Source of the DNA: Entomortierella parvispora E1425
Taxonomy: Eukaryota; Fungi; Mortierellomycota
Direction: 5' to 3'
Assembly (NCBI GenBank): GCA_020891255.1
Contig: BQFW01000006.1
Location: 1,922,001-1,986,000 of the forward strand
DNA: 64,000 nucleotides
Positions 29,201-40,438 of the stretch are shown here, one piece after another (the stretch's first letter is position 1; every line of letters begins with the position of its first letter). The notes beneath the pieces were generated by a model. That model worked only from the letters and a program-made list of their open reading frames with translations, did no database searches and was not told where the DNA came from. The translations under genes were made by a program, and so were the position numbers.

Positions 29201-29968
29201 TGGGCGCCATCAGTATGATCAGCAGTGACGCCCAGGCGATGGGCCGAATTGGTGAAGTAGTGAGTCGAACGTGGATGCTTGCTGATCGAATGAAGCAAGT
29301 CCGTGGTCATATCGAGGACGACAGACCCGACGCGTTCATAACCACAGCAGACAACTTCCGTGTCAAGCGTTACGTGGCAAAGTACACCATCAACCCGTAA
29401 GTTGCAGTAGACAAAGGTATATGCTCTTTTTTTTTCGTCTGTTACGGTCTCGCTGACTGAAGTCGTTTTTTTTTTTGGTTTTATTCACAGTGCTGTAGCC
29501 CATGGCTTCTCACATCTTGTGGGCTCGATCGAAGTTGGCAAGATTGCCGATCTGGTCATGTATAGCCCTTCAAACTTCGGAACCAAGCCTCAACACGTCC
29601 TGAAGTCGGGCGTGATCACGTATTCGGCCATGGGTCTTGCCAACGGCAGTATCCCATCGACCCAACCGATCATCCTCCGACCCATGTTTGGAGCCATTGG
29701 TAGTGCAGCTGCGGCCAATTCGATCGTCTTTATGAGTCAGGCGGCCGTAGACTTGAACCGTGGACAGGAATACGGATTGAAGAAACGAGTCGAGCCCATC
29801 AGGAACTGTCGAGGTATCTCCAAGGCCGACATGAAGTTGAACGATTGCTGTCCAGTGGTGAAGGTCGATCCAGAATCGTTTGAGGTCAGCGTGGAGGACG
29901 TGATGATCAGCGATATGGTCAAGCCTGCAGACACTTTGCCTCTTGCACAGAGCATGTATATTTTCTAA
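26275..29968 (+). CDS. URE1: Urease, single-chain gamma-beta-alpha fusion, multi-exon
   Basis: Gamma: [11 protein letters not shown]...[18 protein letters not shown]. Beta: [14 protein letters not shown]...[14 protein letters not shown]. Alpha: [74 protein letters not shown]. The Ni ligands I could check are present. Confidence 0.98.
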
Positions 29969-30077
29969 AACGGAGGAAAGTTTTTTCTCTTGGGATCACC
30001 CTGCCATTCATACCCTAGTCTTTTTTTTTTATTGAGAAAAAACATCATAATAAAATCCCGAATTGTATAGTAACTTT

Positions 30078-31452
30078 TTAAGCCTTGCTGGCCTCAACCA
30101 CCTTGTTCGTGAAAGTGGCAAGGAGATGGATGGCCTCCTCTGCGCACTTTTTCTGCTCGGGGTTCGACCAGTCTCCTCGACCTATTGCAAGTACATGGGG
30201 GGCGCAAGGAATAAAGGAGAGAGACAGAGAGAGACAAAGAGCGAGACAAAGAGCGAGAAAAACGTTTCCAAGAAAAGAAAGCTGCGTCAGTAACGGTCAT
30301 GCATGGCAAAAGCTTTAGCCGTGATAAGGGTAACGCGTTTTTTTGTCGCGGATTTGAGACGGGGGGGGTTTTTTTTTTTACCTCCAGTCCATCCGTGCTG
30401 CACGGTTGGGAAGCGGTGCTGCTCCGACTTGATCTTTGTGTTCTTTTCGTTGGCAATAGCAACCAGAGGTACCTACAAGAATACAAGCCAGTAAGGAACA
30501 TTATAATGATGAGTAAGACGAACAGGTTTTGCCGGAAGAAGAAAGTTACACCGTCCCCCTCCCGAAAACCAAACCAAATCTCTCACAAGATCGCATCAAA
30601 GCGTTCATGCACTCTTCAGTGAAATCCTCTCCGGCCACACACTTTCCCTTGCACGTACCATGTCGGGGTCGTCCTTGGCGGGCAGCAAGATCACTGGGCA
30701 TCTGGCATTCTTCATCAACTCCTCAGTCATCATGGAAGGATGGGGTCCACCCGCGGCCAAGAAGGGCATCTTCTCGTCCGCGGCAGCCTCCAGAGCCTTC
30801 AATGCGCCCCAGCACTGCCCATAGATCACAAAGTGCGTGCATCCGTCCTTTCTCAAATCCTCAACAGCCGCATGGATAACGGAATCCACATGACTCGGGG
30901 CACCGTAGGAGCCATTGGCTCCAAGCCACTCCATCAGCTTGGGTCGGTCTCCAAACAGCTCTGGGGGGACTTTGTTTGTCTTGTAGAAGAAGTTGGGGAC
31001 AGAGACTTGGAATCCACCGTGGGCAACTGCGAGACGCTATGAGCACAAAGGAGGTAGAGGAAGAACAGACGAGGCGTGGGAAAATGTTAAGGGGTGGCTC
31101 CCTAGAATCTTGTGGACTTTTTCTGGTTGAGGAGTCTCTCTCCTTGGGCCTTTGTTCATACATCAAAGAATTGGATTCCGGTAGGATGGTAGCTACGGCA
31201 GGATAGTTGATAATCAGTTAGTCCTTGCGCTTGTGTAATCTTTGCACTAGTCGTTGAATCCCTCAAGTTCACTCACCCCATCACGTCGTAAACACCAATG
31301 ATGCCTGTCGTGGCAGTTTTGGGTCCGGTGCGGTAGGTCTTGTGTTCGTGTTGCTCGTGGTTGGCAACATGCAAGATCTTTTCCTCACCCTTTTTTGCCC
31401 AAACGGTTTCGGTGGCGGGGGTGTTGCAGCAGGAGTCAGTCAATCCAGACAT
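30078..31452 (-). CDS. Dienelactone hydrolase family protein, copy A, multi-exon
   Basis: MSGLTDSCCNTP..., IIGVYDVMG, nucleophile motif YGQCWGA, GGPHPS, PAKDDPD, HRFPTVQHGW; ends KVVEASKA*. Confidence 0.88.
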
Positions 31453-31570
31453 TGTTTTAAATATGAGTTGAAGTGGAGGGGAAGAGGGTGAAGTTGAGAG
31501 AAGCGAGAAGCGAAAAGTGAAAAGAGAAGAGGTAAAAAAACCCCCCTTCAAGTGCAAGCAGAAAAAAAAA

Positions 31571-31600
31571 CCTTTAATTGCAAGACCTTTAATTGCAAGA
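31571..31600. repeat. Perfect 15-bp tandem repeat (CCTTTAATTGCAAGA x2)
   Basis: Read directly in the short spacer between the two hydrolase genes. Confidence 0.9.
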
Positions 31601-31629
31601 GGAAAAAAAGAGTCTGCCATGGTACTTTT

Positions 31630-32813
31630 CTAGGTTTTGCTCGCATTGACGACTTTGTCCGTGAAGCTGGCGAGCAGTTCAATGACCTCCTCGGCACACT
31701 TGCGCTGGTCTGGAATTGACCAATCTCCTCGAGCTAGATACGGATAATATGAGATCAAGACAACGAATCGTCAAGAAGAGAGAGAAAACAAACAAATGAG
31801 CGCGACGCGTCTTTTGCAAACAATGGTTCCATGCATTGTAGCCGTTACCTCCAGTCCATCCATGACGCATGGTATCGAATCGGTGCTGTACAGACTTGAC
31901 CTTCAAGTTCTTTTCATTAGCAACTGCGATCAATGGTTCCTATATCCGGCCGGAAAAAAAAAAGAGTTATCAGGGAACGCTCATCAATAAAACGTGGGTC
32001 GTACAAAACGGATAAAGGACGGATGAGTCTGAAAGATTTTCCGAAAATCAGAGGACGCTTGATTGGATTGAATGGTCGGGAGATTTACCATGTTATCGTC
32101 GTTGCTGGCTGGCAACAAGATCACAGGACATCTTGAGGCCCTCATGAGCTCTTCCGACATTCTCGAGGGATGGGGTCCTCCAGTCGCCAGGAATGGCATG
32201 GTACTATCCGCGGCCGCCTCCAAAGCTTTCCATGCTCCCCAGCACTGTCCATAAATAACAAAGTGGGTGCATCCATCCTTCCTCAAATCTTCAACAGCTG
32301 CGCGAATCAAGGCATCCAAGTGTGCAGGTGCACCGTAGGAGCAGTGCTGCCCCATCCACGCCATACGCTCTTCTGGGTCCTTGAAGAGATGTGAAGGTGC
32401 TTGGCCTGCCTCTCGGAACATATTCGGGACAGAGACTTGGTAGCCATTATGGGCCAAGGCCAGACGCTAAATTGTGAAATAGGACAACGTGAGAAAAAAA
32501 CGATCTTCATTTTGCTCAATAATAGAACGACAATCCTCCAAATGAGGGCGTGAGAAGATCTTCTTCCGCGGCTTGGCTCCCTCTCCTGGAAGACTGTTCA
32601 GCTTCTTACATCAAAGAATTGAAGGCCGGTTGCGCTGTAGCCAAGAATATCGTAAACGCCAATGATGCCTGTTGTTGCGCTTTTGGGTCCTGTTCGATAA
32701 GTCTTGTCCTGGTGTCCTTCGACATGCAAGGGCTTGAATTCGCCTTTGTTTTGCCAGACAGTCTCCGTAGCTGTCGTGCTAGCGTTGCAACAGGCCTCAG
32801 TCAAGTCGGACAT
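31630..32813 (-). CDS. Dienelactone hydrolase family protein, copy B, multi-exon
   Basis: MSDLTEACCNAS..., IIGVYDILG, YGQCWGAWKA, GGPHPS, HRFDTMRHGWTGG; ends KVVNASKT*. Exon layout parallels copy A. Confidence 0.88.
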
Positions 32814-35800
32814 GATGTTGTAGGGCGAGAAGGATGGAAGGATGGATGTGGAGAAAGAAAAAGAGAGAGCAGAGAGTTGAGAGAAAGAGAAAAATATTGG
32901 CGAGCCAAATCCCGAGTCGCACAATCAGCGAAATTGAGAGGGAAAAATTGTTGAGATTAATTTATCCACCTTTTCATATTTTTCACTACTATTCTATTCA
33001 AAGTTTTTTTTTCTAGTGATGTATCTGTGCACTCAGTCACGCTCGACTTTTCCAAGCACAACGCAACCTTTTGGAGTCACCTAGACGTGCCCTCTGGTAG
33101 TTTTTTTCGCCCTCTCCCGCTCTACCTCCTCTTCTTTCTCTTCCCCCTTTTCCCCTGATCTATTTCGCTGCAGCAGATCAGACTCTAACAGAATGGGGGG
33201 ATTTGTAGAAGTGACCCACGAAAAAACTTGAAACACGTATTTGGAAATGTACCCTCGCAGGCGCAAGCGACATTTTGGCCTTGTGTCTCAATTGTTCTAT
33301 CGGCAAGAAAGCAAACAGCTTTGCAAACGAACACCGACCCAGCCCCAATTGGAAAAGAAAGAAAAAAAAAAAAAAAAGACAAGGAGAATAAGGATCCATT
33401 TTTACATACCCTCAAACAACACATCACAAGGCATTTCGGTAAACCTCTCAGTAACCCCTCCCTTTCACCACCCCCTACCCCAATCAAAACCCCCTTTGCT
33501 TCGCGCGCGAGGATCAAAGGAGAGTCGATCTCTTTTTCTTTCCCCCCGCGGCCTCCTACCCGCAAGGAATGGGCCATGGGTATTTGGGGGGAAAAGAAAA
33601 AACAATGAACTCAAAACTAATGCAAAGTTCAATGCATGTCTTTCAGTTCCCTCTTTCCTAAAAAAAGAACACGGGCCGTAACAAGCACCGAGAGAGACAG
33701 AAAGAGAGCAAGAACAACAAAAAGCACAAGCCATGGCTGTGTCCTCTTTCCTTTTCATTTTCTTGTAATTAGCAATTTATTCTCGACTCTGCAAAGCCCC
33801 AAACAGTCCAACTGAGAGTTTGAAGGGGGGGAAGGAAGGAGAAGGAATGAATCATTGAACTCAAAGAACGGGATTGGGATGACACCTTGAAAGAAAACAC
33901 CTCAATCAAAACAAAGGTGAGCGCACTGATCAGGACGTAATGGTCGATGCTCCATCCCCCACTCTCTGCTGCTATCAATTGACGCCCCCTTTTGGGTCAA
34001 TCTAACGCAACTACACCGTACTGATTGCACATACCCGCGCCATTGTGGCGTCCGCGAAGGCAAAGGGTCCAGTGGCCAGGGGACAAGTGTGGTTTCCATT
34101 TGCACTGTTCTGCCTCGTACTACGTACATCTGGCCGAAAACCCAGAGGAAAGCCCCTGCCCCTGAAGACTAATTGCATCCGTTTCTTCCGTGCCGGAAAC
34201 ACTGCTCGTCCCAGATCACGTATGAGCCAGGGTGTAGGTGGTGGGACCAAAAGGAATGTCCGCGATGGAGCCAATCAGGCACTAGACGGATTTTGTGTAT
34301 CTGGACCGTGCTTTCGGTCACAAAAGTCATAGTGATGGAGGGATATCTTGGAAAAAGAAGCAAACAAACATACCAGCAACAGAAAAACAGCGATCAGCGT
34401 CCCTTGGACCCTGCTCCTCGTGGTGATTTCCTTCCGTCTGCTTGTATTTTGGTCAGGTCATTCGAGGACCCAGGATCTTCGACCTCAGAGACTCCACTTT
34501 TGATAGGGTAGGGACTGCATCAAGCGAGCTCGAGGTCCCTGCTAGAGGGGGGGAAACGCAAAAAAAGTGGTAACAGCCTTGCAGAACCACCCTTGCGAGC
34601 CTTCGTATCACAAGGCGAAATGCCTCTGGTAGTCCTATAGAATAGCCCTGTAAATTCCTGATCATCCTCACATCTTTGCTCGGAACCACAGGGACCAGTC
34701 CATGTGCTTTACTCCGGGTCACCCACTCTATTCTTGCACTCGAGAGATCCTTGTGTCCTCTTGTTCCTTCATTGGTGGTCCTCAATCGCCCCGTCCCTGG
34801 ATACAACTGCCGAGGACGATATGCATACTCAATCCGTTTTTGCCTTGGTGGATAGTCCTTGATCCAACCGCATCTGCAGACTTAGAGCTGCATACCGAGC
34901 GATTGGATCCTGAAAAAAAACAAAAAGATAATCCGGCAAGATTGCACACAAGTATATGCTGCTTCCATGGCTCTCCTGTCCATTTTGCTGGATGTTCGTC
35001 CAGCACGATCTGTCGCCTTCTGAGCACTCGCTCGCTTCCTTCCGTCTTCCTTGTTCCTTCCTTCCTTCCCTTCCCTTCCCTCTCTCTCCCTTGACTCGCG
35101 CCTCGCGGTACCCCCTTGCTGGCTCTCTCTCTCTCTCTCTCTCTCTCTCCCATCACTCCCCCCATCTTCTGGTCCCCCTTCGATGTCCTCTGTCCCCTCT
35201 TCTGCCCCCCCTTTTTTTCTGCCTCTGCTTTTGTGCAAAACAAAAAAAAAAAATCACCCTTCAAACACGTCCTTCTACTCACTCTGCCGCAACAGACAAC
35301 AACAGACAATTGCAACAGAACTCTACTCCCTCAAATGAAAAAAACGCACCAGTCTATGATCCTGATCCTCCGCTTCCTCCTTTGCCCTCTCCTCCTCGTC
35401 GTCTTCCTCCTGGTCCATGGCAATGACAACACTGGAGACTAAAAGACTAGATTATTACTCTGAGGGTGATGCGATGGGGTGCTGAAGGGGGGTGGCGGTG
35501 GTGGAGTGGGCAATCAGCAAAAAGCGCGTTCGTTCCAAACACATTGTCTCCTGGTTGCTGAGTTCCCCTTTGGCTTGGTACGTGGACTGAATGATGGAGA
35601 GTATCAACACTCCTCTCTTTCTGTCAAAGATAGCATCATCAGCATCACTGTTCGTTTGTCCCGTGGGGGGAACAGCGGGCAGGCGCCTTTGTGTTTCTAT
35701 TCTTTGATTGCTCAGTCAGTCAATGGGATGCTCCTTCCTGTCGACACCCCCTTCTTTTCTATCGAAAAAAAAAGTCAAGGACCTTTTTCCCTTTCTGCGT

Positions 35801-36241
35801 CCTTTGTCCTGTCGCCCCTCGCTCCCCTTGGATTGATTTGATTGTGATTCAATTGACTTTTTCTGATCTTTTTCTCTCTGTGTCCGTCTGTCTGGCTGTT
35901 TGCCTGGAGTCCCTCTCCCCCTTTGTGCGCCGGTCCCTTTGTTCCAGCTCCCATTCCGTTGTTGATGTCGATGGCACCTTTGCGCTGCTCCCCTTCCTCA
36001 CTCCAGCCAGTCTACTCTCCTCCTCGTTCCTCCGGTCCGGGACTTGTTTAAAAGAGACGCCAAAGTGGATGCCCCATCTTCCTTCTTGTCTTGCTCTATC
36101 TTTCCCCTCTGTCGTCCCCATCTCTGCATCTTGACCAACAGTCTTTTCTAATTTTTGCACTACATTCACCGCACCTAATTGTCCCACCTCTCCTGCCACC
36201 ACTGCCTCTTTACTCTCTTTGCTTACCCTCCTTCATAATTG

Positions 36242-36395
36242 GTATGTAGCACCGTCAGAGCGGTTGCTGCAAAATCAACAGCAACATTCAAGCGTGCTAC
36301 CACACGCGCAATCAACTCTCGCATGAATTCTACAAAATTATCAACGCGCTAACGATGTTAATCTCTCTACCTCTTTTTCCTTGCTATCGCTGCAG
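36242..36395 (+). other. Probable 5'-UTR intron of the C2H2 transcription factor gene
   Basis: GTATGT donor at 36242, GCTAAC branch point near 36350, pyrimidine tract and GCAG acceptor at 36395, 173 bp upstream of ATG 36568. Confidence 0.5.
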
Positions 36396-36567
36396 GAATC
36401 CTCCCCCTTTCGCCTCATCCACAGCAACAGGATCATCGCCTTTCATCAACAACTAAAAAGTAACGCGTCCTTCCTACTCTCTCTCTCTCTCTCTTTCACT
36501 TTCTCTCGGTCCGGTACCTCGCTACACTCTTTTGCACAGCTGAACACCCAAGCACAACATACACACA

Positions 36568-37938
36568 ATGGATCTTCCCTCCGCCTTCCGCGCACCATCA
36601 CCGGGTTCTCCATCCTCAGCACCAACACTCCTGTCGTCGCAGCATCGGTCCTATTCGCTCCCCTCCATCTCGTCAGCTTCCTCGCCCTCGGATCGGCACT
36701 CGTCGCTTTCGCCTCTGTCACCGTGTGACCGTGACCGCGCTGGGGCACACAGACCCAAGCTTCAGTTGCCCCCCATGTTGCCCATGCTGCCCCTGCCCAG
36801 CCCCCAGCTCAAGCATCAAACAACAGACCCGCACGACCACCAAGCAGACTCAAACAAGAAGCAGCGACAGCTCTCCTTTTCTTCCTCCACCTGCTCCTCT
36901 CCCAGACTCGCTTCTCTTTCCTCTCCTGCTCTCTCTTCTTCTCTTTCACCCTCCCTCTCTCGTCAACAACGACACCACCCTTATAGTACCTATTCATATT
37001 ACCCTCCAACACCTTCCAGTTCTTCCCCTAGAGTGATGTACCAACAGCAACAGCAGCACAGTCATTCCTCTCAAGATCAGGATCGCTCTTCTCAGTACTA
37101 CCACAACCTTCCCTCCTCTGGCAGCGACTACTTCCAGCCTCGATTCCCGTATCACCATTCGCAACCGTTCGCCACCCCACAAGAGGAGGAACGAGAACCT
37201 ACGGTAATCCTCCCTCACCTTCGCACACCCAGCAGCTCCCATAGCGATCTTCACAGCCTCTATCATCACCACGGCCACAACAGCACCGTCGCCCCCAAAC
37301 TTGAAGAACACGAAATGGGCTTGAGTACTTTTCTTCGATCCATGAAGACTCTGTCCTCTCCCTACACCTGCTCTTCCCCTTCCACCCCCATGTCCTCCTC
37401 GTCCTCTCGTGACCGTTCACATCACCGCCATGAAAACGATATGGAGGTCGAGGACGACGAAGCAGAGGAAGAGATGGAGAGTGATGAGGAGGACGAGCGC
37501 TCGTCCCAGTCGTCTTCGTCTCGATCCCGATCCACATCCTTGGCGTTCGGCAACATGTCCGAGGCTTCTGCCTCCATGACGTCTTTGACCTCGGCCTCGT
37601 CCTACTCCTCGTCCTCCCCCTCCCCTACGCCCGTCCCTTCCACGACCACAACCACGAGCCAGTTGTTGATGTGCCCCGTGTGCAGCCGTGCCTTCAAGCC
37701 AAGCAAGAACCAAAACTGTAATTTGAGACGTCATTTGAAGAACGTGCACAACATGTCGCCGACCATGCACCCTCGCAAGTGCAAGTGGGACTCTTTGCCC
37801 GATGGCCGCGTCAAGGACGACAAGGACCGCAAGGAACGCACTCGAAAGAGTAAGCGGATCTGGGCTCAAAAGTTCCGCCAAAGACGCAAGGTTGAGGAGG
37901 CGGCCGTGGTCTTGAGCATGCTCAGCCAAGCTGTGTAA
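36568..37938 (+). CDS. Single C2H2 zinc-finger transcription factor-like protein (456 aa, intronless CDS)
   Basis: Long Ser/Pro/His/Gln low-complexity region, then CPVCSRAFKPSKNQNCNLRRHLKNVH and a basic C-terminal helix. Confidence 0.85.
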   Translation: MDLPSAFRAPSPGSPSSAPTLLSSQHRSYSLPSISSASSPSDRHSSLSPLSPCDRDRAGAHRPKLQLPPMLPMLPLPSPQLKHQTTDPHDHQADSNKKQRQLSFSSSTCSSPRLASLSSPALSSSLSPSLSRQQRHHPYSTYSYYPPTPSSSSPRVMYQQQQQHSHSSQDQDRSSQYYHNLPSSGSDYFQPRFPYHHSQPFATPQEEEREPTVILPHLRTPSSSHSDLHSLYHHHGHNSTVAPKLEEHEMGLSTFLRSMKTLSSPYTCSSPSTPMSSSSSRDRSHHRHENDMEVEDDEAEEEMESDEEDERSSQSSSSRSRSTSLAFGNMSEASASMTSLTSASSYSSSSPSPTPVPSTTTTTSQLLMCPVCSRAFKPSKNQNCNLRRHLKNVHNMSPTMHPRKCKWDSLPDGRVKDDKDRKERTRKSKRIWAQKFRQRRKVEEAAVVLSMLSQAV

Positions 37939-39064
37939 AAGGGGAAACATCCAAAATGGCCCTCGACCCTTTCCCTGCTGGCGGAAACAATAAGGTCCAC
38001 CTCTCAAGGAATGATGATATTCGATGGGAAGGGGAGGGGATAGGCGGATGGTCTGTTTGCCAATCTGTAACACCGCAATGTTCACTTTTGGCTTTTGCAG
38101 CCCTCGCTCCCACCCCCCCCCCCCCCCCCCATGGTGGACATCCGCCTCACCACACACAGCCGTATCCAGTCCTATCACCACTTCATCCTTCCCCTTTCCC
38201 TTTTGTTCATTGCGCTTCCTCCCCCTTTGTTTGCTACATTTTTTTTTTGTCTTTTTTTCTTCTTTTTTTTTTCTTCCCGCTGTGTTCGAGAATAGTTTCC
38301 CATTTCTTTCACCCCTCTTTTTGTTTCGGCAAAAGGGGAGATGGAATCTACTTTTTTCTTTGTCTGTGTGCATCATCCCCCACCGACGGTGTAACCATGG
38401 GCCCAGCCCGGGAAGATAGTCAATTGTTTCTTTCAGCTTAATTTCTTTCATCCTTTCCCTTCGTTCTTTGTGTGGATGCTCTCTTTCTGGGAAAGGGAAT
38501 CCAACAAAGTAGAAGGCCTTCCCTCTCCCTCTCTCTCCCTCTCCACCTCATCTTCTTTGAACCGTCTGGCAAAGCAAGTGCAAATATCTTTCCTCTCAAA
38601 CGTATACCTCTCGTCCTTTTTTCTTCTTTTTTTTCTTTTCTTCCTCTTGTATCATATCATACGTCATCCTCCCACTCAAACTTGCCCTGTGTTCAGCTCA
38701 TTTTATCGCTTTCACACTTGTACCATCCCCCCCTCTTGTCGTTTGTAAATAGCAAAGACTTTTTCCCTAATAATATCAAACTACTATTAAAAATCAAGAC
38801 TAAAATTATTACGAATTAAGGGTGCAATCTCGGGACTGTGACTGTGTTTATCTATGCCCCCCCTTCGTTCGTTCCATTCCCGCAAACAAGATCAGCTTTG
38901 AATGCATGTGCAGCTCTTTGTCCTTGTCCATCTCGTCATTCTTTTTGGTCAATTCACCTCCACCTCTTCGTCTCACTCTTTCTCTCGACCCAACAACTCT
39001 CCTGTCACCCCTTCCTTTCACCACCGCCCCTCAACTTTCGATAACATATACATTACATTGAGCG

Positions 39065-40042
39065 ATGCTGCAACTCAAGTCGATTCTCAATGTCATTGAC
39101 AACTCGGGCGCTGTCTGGGCTGAATGCATCCGAGTCCTCCACGGTGGTCAATATGCCAGGATAGGTACTGCAAAAACAAAACAAAAACAAAACAAAAACA
39201 AAAAACAGGACAACCCCTCTCTCTTTTCGAGTCTTTTTGTGTTGTTGGCAGGAAGCAAGAACTAGGGAACAATGCCCAAGAGAAAAGAAAGGGCTCAGGA
39301 ACTCCCATAGGAAGGACAAATACATCAAACGGAATCAAAGGAAACAAGGGAGACATGGAAGAGCAATGTCTTTTTTTTTCACTGCCTCAGGGACAGCGAC
39401 GATCGCATGGAAGGCCAAGGAGAAAAAGGGAAAGAAACGAATAGCCGCCTTTAAAAGAATACCTTCACAGGCACAGTTGATCGATCAGTGGATTTAGGGC
39501 ATCAGGAAACCAGGATGGATGAATGACCCGATGCAATGGTCTCTCTAGGGAACCTCTTCCAGAATACAATAACCCTTGGATTCCAACGGCGATCAGGAAC
39601 AATCCCTCCCATGGAGACAAGAATGGAGTGAGATCAGAGAACACACGATCTTTAAGGGCACCCACTCATAGCCCAATAGACTGTTGAAAAGTCGTACAAG
39701 GGCAGTAATCTAACCCAAAGAAACCCGATTCATTTTTCGTTTCTTTTCATATTAGGCGATGAGATTGTCGTGGTCGTGAACAAGGCCAAGGCCAACGCTG
39801 TCGCCTCTGCCTCAGGTGTGCCCAAGGTCAAGAAGGGTGATGTCCGTCATGCGCTCGTGGTCCGCGCCCGCAAGGAGACCCTTCGCCCCGACGGTCGCTA
39901 TGTCCGTTTCGACGATAACGCCTGTATTCTCTTGAACAAGCAGGGCGAGCCTCTCGGAACCCGTGTCCTCGGTGTTGTGGCTGGTGAGCTCAGGCAAAAG
40001 AGGTGGATGAAGCTCTTGAGTTTGGCTCCCAAGGTCATCTAA
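39065..40042 (+). CDS. MRPL38: Mitochondrial ribosomal protein uL14m; exons 39065-39164 and 39756-40042
   Basis: MLQLKSILNVIDNSGA...ARI-GDEIVVVV...KKGDVRHALVVRARKE...RFDDNACILLNKQGEPLGTRV. Confidence 0.95.
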
Positions 40043-40438
40043 AGAGGGAAAGTCAGGGAAAGTCAAGAATCAATCTTTTTTTTTCTTGCCTTGGATCAAC
40101 CTTGCGGACCACACTCCATAGAAACCCAAACTGTCCACTGGTTGCTCTTTCCCATCTTTTCCCCCTTCCATCTCAATTGTTAATTTGTTTGCTTCTTTTC
40201 CACCACCTTTTCCTCTTTCGATATCCATAAAGCATTTTGTTTCATTATACAAATGTCCTGAGCTGCGCTGACTATGTAGAAACTTGTGAGAGTGAGCGAC
40301 ATCTTATAGAGGGAAGGGAGAATGGCATTGTCCATGACATGCAAGAAGGGACGAGGACTTGAAAATTTCTGGAACCCAGAGTCTGCAATTGTTCAATCGT
40401 GAGAGGGTAATGCGGAAGGAAGAGTGTGTCTCCTCGTA

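Noticed and set aside
23340-29968. Bacterial or endosymbiont origin of the urease locus
   Set aside because: Both genes have spliceosomal introns, the urease is the fused eukaryotic type, and ureD/E/F are absent.
37417-38451. 344-aa minus-strand ORF
   Set aside because: Antisense to the TF and its T-rich 3' region; no recognisable domain.
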